A DNA stretch of 64,000 nucleotides from assembly GCA_019923655.1 (NCBI GenBank), contig JAHXGL010000002.1:2933-66932 (forward strand). The letters run 5' to 3'. The notes beneath the pieces were generated by a model. It searched no databases. It was given only the letters and a program-made list of their open reading frames with translations, and was not told where the DNA came from. Numbering within the stretch: position 1 is the first letter of the stretch; every line of letters starts with the position of its first letter. Shown in pieces: positions 1 to 8,790 of the stretch. Source of the DNA: Candidatus Nealsonbacteria bacterium. Its GTDB lineage: Bacteria > Patescibacteriota > Minisyncoccia > Minisyncoccales > RBG-13-42-11. A program made the position numbers and the translations under genes.

Positions 1-16
1 AACTTATTTTTTTATT

Positions 17-1204
17 TTAGCAGATTATTCCTCCGCCTAAAAGCTCCTTTTTCTGATAAAAAACTACTGATTGGCCAGGGGTAATTGCTCTCTGGGGTCT
101 GCTGAATTTTAGGGTATAGGTTTTAGTTTTTAGGCCTGTCCCGTAGGAAGCCGAAAGCTTTCCTTCGGGGTTTTTAGTGATTATGGCGGGAACTGACTTA
201 TGCCCGTATCTGATTTGGGCTTTTATCTTTAAGGGTAATTTAGGTTCCTTGGCTGAAAGCCAATTAACATTTCTGGCAATTAAATTTTTATTATAAAGCG
301 CTTTATCTCTACTAAATGGAGTAACTATTAAAGTATTTTTTTTCAAATCTTTGGCTGCCACATAAAAAGGTCCTCCGGACAATTCAATCCCCTTTCTTTG
401 GCCAATAGTATAAAATGGCAAGCCTTGATGTTGGCCAATTTTCTTGCCTTCAGTAGTTAAAATCTGCCCTATCTTTGATTTAATATAAAGAGCTAAAAAA
501 TCATTTAGAGTGGTTCCAATAAAACAAATTTCCTGGGATTCGGGAATGTCAAGAACAGGCAGATTAAACTTTTTTGCTAACGCCCTAACTTTATCTTTAG
601 TATAATCTCCGATCGGAAACAAAATATGTTTTAGTTGTTTTTGATTTAATTGCCAAAGAAAATACGACTGGTCTTTTACCTTATCTTTCCCCCTAAATAA
701 TTCATACTTATAGTTTCGGATTTCGGATTTCGGATTTCGGATTTCCCGGCGAAGCCGGGCATAGTGTCCGGTAGCAATATAATCAGCATCTAGAGCCAAA
801 ACTTTTTCCAGCAATAACCCAAACTTAATCTCTTTATTGCAAACCACGCAAGGATTCGGCGTCTTCCCTCTTTTGTATTCCCTTAAAAAATAATCAACAA
901 TTCTTTTTTTAAATTCTCTTTCAAAATTAAAAACATAAAAAGGAATACCGAGAATTTTTGCTACTTTTCGCGCCCTTGCTTCAGCTTCTGAACTACAACA
1001 TCGGTTCTCAAATCTGCGAGTATCTACGCTTCTATCCGCGTGAATCAGCTGGGAAGAGCCGGTTCGCGGCTCTGACCAAAACTTCATAAAAACTCCGATT
1101 AAATTATAACCCTGTTGTTTTAGTAAAACAGCCGCCACACTTGAATCCACACCGCCCGACATTGCCACAACTACTTTCTTGTTTTTTACTTTTTCTTGTT
1201 TCAT
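17..1204 (-). CDS. mnmA: tRNA-specific 2-thiouridylase MnmA
   Basis: N-terminal PP-loop motif VAMSGGVDSSVAA and overall MnmA architecture; adjacent to iscU/iscS sulfur donor genes; carries an in-frame heptamer tandem repeat insertion. Confidence 0.85.
   Translation of the reverse strand: MKQEKVKNKKVVVAMSGGVDSSVAAVLLKQQGYNLIGVFMKFWSEPRTGSSQLIHADRSVDTRRFENRCCSSEAEARARKVAKILGIPFYVFNFEREFKKRIVDYFLREYKRGKTPNPCVVCNKEIKFGLLLEKVLALDADYIATGHYARLRREIRNPKSEIRNYKYELFRGKDKVKDQSYFLWQLNQKQLKHILFPIGDYTKDKVRALAKKFNLPVLDIPESQEICFIGTTLNDFLALYIKSKIGQILTTEGKKIGQHQGLPFYTIGQRKGIELSGGPFYVAAKDLKKNTLIVTPFSRDKALYNKNLIARNVNWLSAKEPKLPLKIKAQIRYGHKSVPAIITKNPEGKLSASYGTGLKTKTYTLKFSRPQRAITPGQSVVFYQKKELLGGGIIC
714..741. repeat. 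tandem heptanucleotide repeat TTTCGGA x4 inside mnmA coding sequence, followed by a short GC hairpin (cccggcgaagccggg)
   Basis: direct reading of sequence 714-760; encodes the extra EIRNPKSEIRN segment of MnmA. Confidence 0.8.
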
Positions 1205-1580
1205 AATCTTTAATCGCTGCTTTTAATCCCTGTTCAGCTAAAAGCGAACAATGAATTTTTATTGGCGGCAAATAATCCAATCCGGCAACAATATCTTTAT
1301 GTTTAATCTTAAGCGCTCGTTCTAATGTCTTGCCCTTAACTAAATCACAAATAATGTCAGATGTGGCAATAGCCGCGGCGCACCCCAATGTTTGAAATTT
1401 TATATTTTTAATAATTTCTTTTCCAGCGCTTTTATCTACTTTAATATACAAAGTTAAAACATCGCCACAAGCCGGGTTGCCAACCCTGCCGATTCCGTCA
1501 GGATTTTTTATTTCGCCGAAATTCTTCGGATTAGTAAAATGCTTAATTACTTTTTTTGAATAATAAGGCCTTTTATTCAT
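1104..1580 (-). CDS. iscU: Fe-S cluster assembly scaffold protein (NifU/IscU family)
   Basis: conserved cysteine motifs (NPACGDV, LGCAAAIATSD) typical of IscU/NifU N-domain; between iscS and mnmA. Confidence 0.8.
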   Translation of the reverse strand: MNKRPYYSKKVIKHFTNPKNFGEIKNPDGIGRVGNPACGDVLTLYIKVDKSAGKEIIKNIKFQTLGCAAAIATSDIICDLVKGKTLERALKIKHKDIVAGLDYLPPIKIHCSLLAEQGLKAAIKDYETRKSKKQESSCGNVGRCGFKCGGCFTKTTGL

Positions 1581-2811
1581 AACTGCCGGCTATTTTTCTT
1601 AATCTTTTTATTACTTTTGGTAAAACTTTTAAAAGGTAATCAATCTCTTTTTCAGTTGTCCACCTTCCCAAAGTAAGCCGCAAAGAACCATGAGCTTGTT
1701 CCGGTTTTATGCCAATTGCCAAAAGAACATGACTCGGCTCTAATTTTATTGAAGAACAGGCAGAGCCGGTTGAAGCGGCCACTCCCAGCAAATCAAGTTG
1801 AATAACTATTGACTCCCCCTCAACAAACTCAAACCAAAAATTAGCGTTATTTGGCAATCTTTTTTTTGGATGGCCGTTAAGCCGGCTGCCAATTATTTTT
1901 CCAAGAACTCCTTTTATCAGCTTATCTCTTAATTTTGCCTGCTTTATGTTCTCTTTCTCCATTTCTCTTTTACAAATCTTCACTGCTTTGGCAAAACCAA
2001 CAATAGCCGGAATGTTTACAGTAGAAGACCTTAATCCAAATTCCTGGCCGCCGCCGTGTAAAATCGGCTCAATTCTTGTCCCCTCTCTGATAAACAAACA
2101 AGCAACTCCTTTTGGCCCATACATTTTATGGGCAGAAGCTGACAATAAATCAATGTTCATTTTCTGGACATCAATAGGAATTTTTCCAAAACTTTGAACA
2201 GCGTCAGTATGAACGCAAACTCTTTTTTCTTTGCAAATCCTGCCAATTTCCGCAATCGGCTGAATAGTCCCGATTTCGTTTGAAGCGTGAATTATTGAAA
2301 CTAAAATAGTATTTTTCCTTATCGCTTTTTTAACATCTTTTGGATTAACCAAGCCATATCTATCAACCGACAACCGGGTTATTCTAAATCCTTGCCCTTC
2401 CAGCCACTTAGCCGACTCTATAATACAAGGATGTTCAATTTGAGAAATAATGATATGATTGCCTATTTTTTTATTGCCCAGAGCAATTCCTTTCAAAGCT
2501 AAATTATTGCTTTCTGTAGCGGAGCTGGTAAAAATTATTTCATTCGGCTTAGCTCCTATTAAATCAGCTATTACTCCCCTGCTTTCTTCTAAGGCTTGCT
2601 TAGCTTCCTGGCCAAAGCTATGGAGAGACATTGTGTTGCCGAATTTCTCTTCAAAATAAGGCAGTATCGCTTTATTTACTTGTGGATCAACAGGGGTAGT
2701 AGCAGCATAATCCAGGTAAATTCTTTTTTTGGCTCTATTCATTTTCATGCCTAATATTTGCTTTGCTTTTTCATAATTACCTCCATTTCTTGATCTACAA
2801 ATTTTCGCCAT
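1573..2811 (-). CDS. iscS: cysteine desulfurase (class V aminotransferase, IscS/NifS)
   Basis: PLP-lysine region SASAHKMYGPKG and C-terminal active-site cysteine loop (STGSACSS). Confidence 0.85.
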   Translation of the reverse strand: MAKICRSRNGGNYEKAKQILGMKMNRAKKRIYLDYAATTPVDPQVNKAILPYFEEKFGNTMSLHSFGQEAKQALEESRGVIADLIGAKPNEIIFTSSATESNNLALKGIALGNKKIGNHIIISQIEHPCIIESAKWLEGQGFRITRLSVDRYGLVNPKDVKKAIRKNTILVSIIHASNEIGTIQPIAEIGRICKEKRVCVHTDAVQSFGKIPIDVQKMNIDLLSASAHKMYGPKGVACLFIREGTRIEPILHGGGQEFGLRSSTVNIPAIVGFAKAVKICKREMEKENIKQAKLRDKLIKGVLGKIIGSRLNGHPKKRLPNNANFWFEFVEGESIVIQLDLLGVAASTGSACSSIKLEPSHVLLAIGIKPEQAHGSLRLTLGRWTTEKEIDYLLKVLPKVIKRLRKIAGSYE

Positions 2812-3530
2812 TTATCTTCTCCAAGAAATAAAGGATAGGGATATTCTTTATATGAATATTTTAATAATTCAAGGGCTAATCGCCGTTTTTCTAAAATTTC
2901 CACGCTAAATATTAAATTTTTATATGAGTCAACTAAATTAATTTTGGGAGCATATTGACGCATCCACTCAATTGATTTTCCAATTCTCTCGCTTTTGTAT
3001 TTAAGTATAACTGGCCACTTTTTAACTATATTCCCAATTTCTTCTTCGACTAAATAGTTTTTTAGGTTTTCCAAACGGTCATTAATTAGTTTAGAACTAT
3101 AGCTTATAATTCTTGGTTCGCTTATAACTAAACATTTGAACTCCTCTTCGGAAAAATTATACTTGTCTTTTAAGTTTTTTTCTAATCTCTCAAGATAATT
3201 ATTAAATGTCTCTGGTCTATACTTCAAAGTCTTTGGGTATTTTTCAACTATCTTTTTAATCTCTTTATTGGAAAAACGAGCTTTTAAGTTTTCCAAGCGG
3301 TCGCTTATTTTTTTTAGATCTTTTGGCGTCTTTCTTTCTTCAATATTTTTTTCAATAAATCCATTTTTAAGTCCATATTTTTTAACTATGGTTTTTATTG
3401 TTTCTATTTCGTTCAATTTTAATTCTAATGGACTTATCCTTGATTCTTTTCCATGTTTTGATTCTATTATTGGTTCTGATATTTCGAAGTCTTTATTTTC
3501 AAATGGATTTTCAGGTGACTTAAATGACAT
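2751..3530 (-). CDS. hypothetical protein with internal ~35-aa helical repeats
   Basis: ORF with repeated motif (e.g. IVEKYPKTLKY / IVKKWPVILKY, DRLENLK x2); no confident family assignment. Confidence 0.4.
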   Translation of the reverse strand: MSFKSPENPFENKDFEISEPIIESKHGKESRISPLELKLNEIETIKTIVKKYGLKNGFIEKNIEERKTPKDLKKISDRLENLKARFSNKEIKKIVEKYPKTLKYRPETFNNYLERLEKNLKDKYNFSEEEFKCLVISEPRIISYSSKLINDRLENLKNYLVEEEIGNIVKKWPVILKYKSERIGKSIEWMRQYAPKINLVDSYKNLIFSVEILEKRRLALELLKYSYKEYPYPLFLGEDKWRKFVDQEMEVIMKKQSKY

Positions 3531-3578
3531 AAATCTTTTAAATTCCCTTAGAATTTAGAAATTTCAAAATTATAAAAA

Positions 3579-4157
3579 TTAAATTTTTGCAAAATCATAT
3601 TTTCTAAGCTCGCCTGTCGTAATTTCCAAATTAATTATTTCTTGGTTTGATATTTTTTCAATATGTTTTATTATTGCCCTTAAAGAATTATGGCTGGCAA
3701 CCACTAAAACATTTAGTCCCTGCTTTAAGTCTTTTTCAATGTGTTTTTTATAAAAAGGGACGGCTCTATTGAAAACATCTTTCAAGCTTTCCCCTTTTGG
3801 CGGCGCTTCTTCCCAGCTTCTTCTCCACAATCTAACTTGCTCTTCGCCATATTTTGCTTTGACTTGGTCTTTATTCAGCCCCTGTAATTTCCCATAATTT
3901 CTCTCGTCCAACGCTTTATCAATAACAATCGGCAAATGTTCCTTGCCAAGATTTTCTAAAATTAAAGAAACGGTTTCTTTGTTTCTAATTAGCGGCGAAG
4001 TATAAACTTTATCAATCTCAAAGCCGGCAAGTTTCCCGGCAACTTCTTTGGCGCTTTCAATTCCCTGCTTGCTTAAAGGAATATCTGTCCAACCGGTAAA
4101 TCTATTTTCCAGATTCCACTGAGATTGAAGATGTCTTAATAAAATTAATTTTGCCAT
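3579..4157 (-). CDS. gpmA: 2,3-bisphosphoglycerate-dependent phosphoglycerate mutase (histidine phosphatase family)
   Basis: LLRHLQSQWN...RFTGWTD catalytic His motif, QGLNK, WRRS, ASHNSLRA motifs matching GpmA; adjacent to eno. Confidence 0.75.
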   Translation of the reverse strand: MAKLILLRHLQSQWNLENRFTGWTDIPLSKQGIESAKEVAGKLAGFEIDKVYTSPLIRNKETVSLILENLGKEHLPIVIDKALDERNYGKLQGLNKDQVKAKYGEEQVRLWRRSWEEAPPKGESLKDVFNRAVPFYKKHIEKDLKQGLNVLVVASHNSLRAIIKHIEKISNQEIINLEITTGELRKYDFAKI

Positions 4158-4206
4158 AGTTTTTTTGCTCTGTTAAATAATTTTGCTTTGCAAAATTAGG
4201 CAAAGC

Positions 4207-5460
4207 CTATTTAATAGGATGAATTTCTTCCTCAATTTTCAATAGCCGATTATATTTTGCCACTCTTTCACCGCGAGCCGGCGGCCCGGCTTTAATATAT
4301 TCAGCGTTAATGCCTACCGCTAAATCAGCGATAAAATCATCATTAGTTTCGCCAGAACGGTGAGAAACCATTATTTTCCAATTATACAATTTAGCTATCT
4401 TAGCCGCTTCAATTGCTTCTGTTATCACGCCTATTTGATTAATTTTTAACAATAACCCATTGCAAGCCCTTTTTTCTTGCGCCTGCTTTATTCTTTCAAT
4501 ATTAGTTACCAGCAAATCATCGCCAATAATATTAATTTTGTCCCCGCATCTATCCATTAAAATACTAAATCCCTTAAAATCATCTTCATTAAAAGGATCT
4601 TCAATTGAAATTATTGGATATTTAGTTATTAATTCTAAATAATAATCAATCATCTCATCGCGAGTTTTAACGCCATATTTTTTGTTTTCGTAAAACTCAG
4701 ATGCCGCTACATCAAGAGCAATCTTTGCGTTGTTTTCATAACCAGCCCTTTCTACTGCTTTCATTATTAAATCCAATGCCTGCTCGGTTGTTGATAAATT
4801 AGGCGCAAACCCGCCTTCATCACCCACATTAATAGCTGTTTTTCCAAAATCTCTTTTCAAAATTTCTTTTAAGGTATGATAAATCTCTGAACCAGCTTGC
4901 AAGTTCAATGAAAAAGTCTCAAGCTGCGGCATAATCATAAATTCCTGAAAATCCAAATCATTACCAGCATGCGCTCCGCCGTTAATAATATTAAAACACG
5001 GCCTTGGCATTTTCCCATAATTTCCATAAGTTTCACCTATGGATTTTTCAATATATCTGTGCAAAGATAAATTTTGGACAGCAGCGCCAGCTCTACAAAC
5101 AGCCATTGAGACAGGCAAAATAGCATTCGCGCCTAAATTAGATTTATCTTTTGTGCCATCTAAAGAAATTAAAATCTCATCAATCTCTTTTTGATTGTTA
5201 ATTTCTACGCCTATTAATTTTGGAGCAATTATTTCTTCAATATTTTTAATCGCTTTCAAAGCTCCCTTGCCCTTGTATCTCTCTCCCCCATCTCGTAATT
5301 CTTTTGCCTCATATTTACCAACTGAAGCGCCAGATGGCGCTGAAGCTAAAAAATTACCCAGATTAGTAAGTAATTCCACTTCAACAGTTGGATTCCCCCT
5401 AGAATCCAAAATCTCTCTTGCTTTTATCTCTTTAATTTTGGAATTTTTCCAGATATTCAT
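4207..5460 (-). CDS. eno: enolase (phosphopyruvate hydratase)
   Basis: full-length enolase with SHRSGETNDDFIADLAV signature. Confidence 0.95.
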   Translation of the reverse strand: MNIWKNSKIKEIKAREILDSRGNPTVEVELLTNLGNFLASAPSGASVGKYEAKELRDGGERYKGKGALKAIKNIEEIIAPKLIGVEINNQKEIDEILISLDGTKDKSNLGANAILPVSMAVCRAGAAVQNLSLHRYIEKSIGETYGNYGKMPRPCFNIINGGAHAGNDLDFQEFMIMPQLETFSLNLQAGSEIYHTLKEILKRDFGKTAINVGDEGGFAPNLSTTEQALDLIMKAVERAGYENNAKIALDVAASEFYENKKYGVKTRDEMIDYYLELITKYPIISIEDPFNEDDFKGFSILMDRCGDKINIIGDDLLVTNIERIKQAQEKRACNGLLLKINQIGVITEAIEAAKIAKLYNWKIMVSHRSGETNDDFIADLAVGINAEYIKAGPPARGERVAKYNRLLKIEEEIHPIK

Positions 5461-6436
5461 AAGCGCTTAAAGCGGCTTTGGCGCCTTGGCCAGCGGCAAT
5501 AATAATTTGTTTATCTTTTATCTCGCTTACATCGCCAGCAGCGAAAATGCCAGCAGTTTTAGTCATACAAGTTTTTGAATTAATTTTAATCTCGCCCTTT
5601 TTATTAAGACCCACTAAATCCCTTATAAAATTGGTCGCAGGAATAGAGCCGATTTCAACAAAAACCCCTTCAACATAAAGGGTTATGTTTTTTTTAGTTT
5701 TTCTATCCTGATAAATTATTGAATTGACAAATTGATTGCCTTTAATTTGTTTTAGAACAGCATTTGCTATTATTTCAACTTTGTTGATTTTTTTTACTCT
5801 TTCTTGATTTTCCTTATCAGCAATAACTTCTGAAGCATATTCTAAAATATAAATTTTTTTAACCAATTTACTCAAAGAAATAGCTGTCTCAAAACCGGCA
5901 TTTCCACTGCCAAGTACAGCCACGGTTTTATTTGAAAATAAGGGCCCATCGCACTGAACACAATAAGAAACTCCCCTGCCTATGAATTTTTTTTCTCCGG
6001 GAACTTCCAATGGTTTAGGGTCAGCTCCGGAAGCGATAATTACTGCTTTTGCCTGAAATTTTTGCCTGCTTTTGGTCAAAACTAAAAATCCTTGTTTAAG
6101 TTTTTTTAATTTTACTACCTCGTCTCTTTCTATGTCAATTTTATGGCCATCACTGCGCGCTATCACGCGCCTCAAGTGCTTTTCAAATCTTTTTATCAGC
6201 TCCATTCCGGAAATTTTCTCAAAACCAGGATAATTCTCAATAGCAACCGCTTTCCTGGCGACCTGTCCGCCAAAGCTTTTAGTAATTACCAAGGTATTTA
6301 ATCTTTGTCTTGCCCCGTAAATTCCCGCAGTAATACCCGCTGGGCCCCCACCAATTATGATTAAATCGTATGTCTTGTTGTCTATCATAAAAATTATATG
6401 GGATGTCGGGGTTTGACCCCTTATACAGCGAGTCAA
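5432..6436 (-). CDS. trxB: thioredoxin-disulfide reductase
   Basis: FAD motif DLIIIGGGPAG, redox-active CVQC, second NAD(P) GxGxxG; true start probably the Met at ~6387. Confidence 0.85.
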   Translation of the reverse strand: MTRCIRGQTPTSHIIFMIDNKTYDLIIIGGGPAGITAGIYGARQRLNTLVITKSFGGQVARKAVAIENYPGFEKISGMELIKRFEKHLRRVIARSDGHKIDIERDEVVKLKKLKQGFLVLTKSRQKFQAKAVIIASGADPKPLEVPGEKKFIGRGVSYCVQCDGPLFSNKTVAVLGSGNAGFETAISLSKLVKKIYILEYASEVIADKENQERVKKINKVEIIANAVLKQIKGNQFVNSIIYQDRKTKKNITLYVEGVFVEIGSIPATNFIRDLVGLNKKGEIKINSKTCMTKTAGIFAAGDVSEIKDKQIIIAAGQGAKAALSAYEYLEKFQN

Positions 6437-7467
6437 TAGACAGAATTAATGTGTCTTCCTTCAAGAAAACTTGAAATATTAGCAATCGTTGTATCTAAAA
6501 TCCTTTTCAGAGCTTCCTCGGAATAAAAAGCAATATGAGGAGTAATAATAACCTTTGGATGTTCGCGCAAAAAATGATTTTGAAGAATTGTTTTTAAGTT
6601 ATATTTTTGCTGAAATTGCTTAGTTAAAAGTTCTTTTTCTTCTTTAAGAAAAGCTTCTTCTTCCAAAACATCTAATCCAACCCCTGCCAAGATTTCTTTT
6701 TTTAGCGCTAAAACTAAAGCCTCGGTCTTTATTAACCCTCCTCTGGCAGTATTAATTAATAGCGCTCCTTTTTTAATTTTTCTAATATTATTTTCATTAA
6801 TTAAATGATGAGTTTTAGGATTGAGTACCGTATGAAGACTGATAATATCGGAATGGCCAAGAAGATAATCCAAGTTAACATATTTCAGTTTTAATTTTAA
6901 TTTTCTAATCGTCTTAAAATCTTTTCTGATGTCATAAACTAAAACTTTCATTCCAAAGCCATTGGCGATTCTAACTACCCGAGAACCAATTCGGCCCATT
7001 CCAATAATGCCGATTGTTTTTCCTTCCAAGTCAAATCCTTTTAGATTTTCAAGAGTAAAATCCGCTCTTCTTATTTTTTCTATTGCCAGGGGCAGATTTC
7101 TAGCCAAAGCCAAGATTAAAGCAAAAGTATGCTCGGCAACAGTATTATCCCCGTATGTTGGCACATTAGAAACCCTTATTTTTTGTTTGACGCAAGCCTC
7201 CAAATCAATATGGTCAAATCCAGTAGACATTGTGGTTATAAACTCAAGCTTTGGCAGTCTCTTTAGAATTTCCTTGTCAATTTTAGAATAGATAAAACCA
7301 GCCAGGATTTTTGTCCCCTGGATTTGACTTGCTGTTTTCAAAGTAATGGGTTTTGCAAAAAACTTCAAATCAATTTTTTTAGATAATTTCTGGCAAATTT
7401 CTTCTATCTTTGCTTGAAGGTATTTTTTTTCCAGAGATTTTATTTCAAAAAAAGCGATTTTAATCAT
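6433..7467 (-). CDS. D-isomer-specific 2-hydroxyacid dehydrogenase (D-lactate/phosphoglycerate dehydrogenase-like)
   Basis: NAD-binding GIIGMGRIGSRV, catalytic His/Arg/Glu pattern of the D-2-hydroxyacid dehydrogenase family. Confidence 0.75.
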   Translation of the reverse strand: MIKIAFFEIKSLEKKYLQAKIEEICQKLSKKIDLKFFAKPITLKTASQIQGTKILAGFIYSKIDKEILKRLPKLEFITTMSTGFDHIDLEACVKQKIRVSNVPTYGDNTVAEHTFALILALARNLPLAIEKIRRADFTLENLKGFDLEGKTIGIIGMGRIGSRVVRIANGFGMKVLVYDIRKDFKTIRKLKLKLKYVNLDYLLGHSDIISLHTVLNPKTHHLINENNIRKIKKGALLINTARGGLIKTEALVLALKKEILAGVGLDVLEEEAFLKEEKELLTKQFQQKYNLKTILQNHFLREHPKVIITPHIAFYSEEALKRILDTTIANISSFLEGRHINSVY

Positions 7468-8279
7468 AAAAAATATTTTATTAACCAGCCTCCGTCAACT
7501 ACCAAAGTATGGCCGGTAATATGGTTTGCTTCATCAGATACCAGATAAAGACAGGCAAAAGCAGTGTCCTTTGGCAAGCCGAATTTAGCCAAAGGAATTT
7601 CAGCTAACATTTTTTGCTTTTTTCCTTTATTGGCTTCTAAACGAGATTCAAGCATTTTGGTTTCGGTTTTTCCCGGAGCAATGGCATTAACATTAATTCT
7701 ATAAGGCGCTAAATCCAAAGCCATCTGCCTGGTAAAATCTATCAAGGCTCCTTTGGTGGCAGAATAGACCGCGCTCAAAGGAGATTCGCTCGCAAAACCG
7801 GCCGTAGAAGCAATATTAATAATCCGACCTTGTTTTCTTTTTTTCAAATGAGGAAGAATTGCCCGGCATCCGTAAACAGCGCCGTAAAAATTTACCTTTA
7901 TTATTTTGTCAATTTCTTCCAAAGTCATCTTGGTTAGGTCTTTTTGGATGTAAATACCGGCATTGTTAACCAAAATATCTAATCTCCCCTGCTCTTTTAT
8001 TGTTTCCTGAACCCTTTTTTCAAATTCCTGATAATTGGTAACATCTAATTTTTTAGCATTTGCTTTTCCTTTGGCTTTTTTTATTTCTGCGGCTACTTTT
8101 TCACACTCCCCCTTATCAATATCAGTAACTACTACTCTTGCGCCAGCCCTAGCCAAAACAAGAGCAATTTCTCTGCCAATTCCTTGTTGGCTGCCAGTAA
8201 TTAAAGCAATTTTATTTTTTAATTCAAACATTAAAACTTCTAAATCTTTTTTCGCCGTAAAAAGGCTGGTGTTTCCCAA
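7464..8279 (-). CDS. short-chain dehydrogenase/reductase (FabG-like)
   Basis: TGSQQGIGREIA Rossmann motif, NNAG, YSATKGA catalytic motif. Confidence 0.75.
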   Translation of the reverse strand: MGNTSLFTAKKDLEVLMFELKNKIALITGSQQGIGREIALVLARAGARVVVTDIDKGECEKVAAEIKKAKGKANAKKLDVTNYQEFEKRVQETIKEQGRLDILVNNAGIYIQKDLTKMTLEEIDKIIKVNFYGAVYGCRAILPHLKKRKQGRIINIASTAGFASESPLSAVYSATKGALIDFTRQMALDLAPYRINVNAIAPGKTETKMLESRLEANKGKKQKMLAEIPLAKFGLPKDTAFACLYLVSDEANHITGHTLVVDGGWLIKYFL

Positions 8280-8503
8280 AATTTTTCTTTTTCCAGCATT
8301 TCTCCTTCAATGTCTTGGGCTTCTTTTTTAATCTGAAGCCCGCTCTTTCTTAGTTTTTCTTTTCTGTTTTTAGTCTTAACTTTAGTCTTCCAAACCGAGC
8401 GCTCAACACTTTGAGTGCTTGGTTTGGAAACTTTAAGCGACTCGTTTGGTTTAATTTCAATTTTCGTTTCCAAATTCACATTCGTTTCCAAATCCGTTTC
8501 CAA
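8240..8503 (-). other. out-of-frame continuation of ftsZ carrying the conserved FtsZ C-terminal peptide (ETPAFLRRKK)
   Basis: 87-aa ORF overlapping the ftsZ 3' end in a different frame; ends with the FtsA/ZipA-binding consensus (D/E)-x-P-x-F-L-R-R/K. Confidence 0.45.
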
Positions 8504-8790
8504 ACCACGAAGGGGTTTGGAAACGCGGAGTCTTCCAAATCCATCGCGGATTTAGAAACTTTAGTCTTCCGAATCCCTTTGGGAGTGTTCCAAATCCCTT
8601 TGGGATTTGGAAACGAATTCGGAAACGCAGTCTTCTTTTTTTGCTTTATTGTTCCAAATCTGACAAGATTTGGAAAATTTATTTTTTCTCTTTTTCTCTT
8701 TTTCTTTTTTTGGTGCCCATCTTCCCTGTTTTCCAAGTCTTGAAGGGATTTTGAAACGGACTTGGAAACGGACTTGGAAATGGACTTTTC
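8385..8790. repeat. dense block of palindromic hairpin repeats (stem TTCCAAAYC / GRTTTGGAA), at least 8 tandem or nested copies
   Basis: direct sequence inspection; same unit recurs at 9745, 13906, 18851, 30004, 31210, 34801, 51397, 56403, 58645. Confidence 0.85.

Noticed and set aside
1104-1204. 100-bp overlap between the mnmA start and the iscU stop as a possible frameshift or fusion
   Set aside because: MnmA most likely starts at a downstream Met and the overlap is short. Nothing else points to a fusion. It is noted only as start-site uncertainty.
8385-8790. Possible CRISPR array suggested by many short repeats with similar units
   Set aside because: The units are strong palindromes that abut or nest without unique spacers of regular length. 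They lie inside coding sequence in frame, and the same unit is scattered as single copies across the window. This is not CRISPR architecture.
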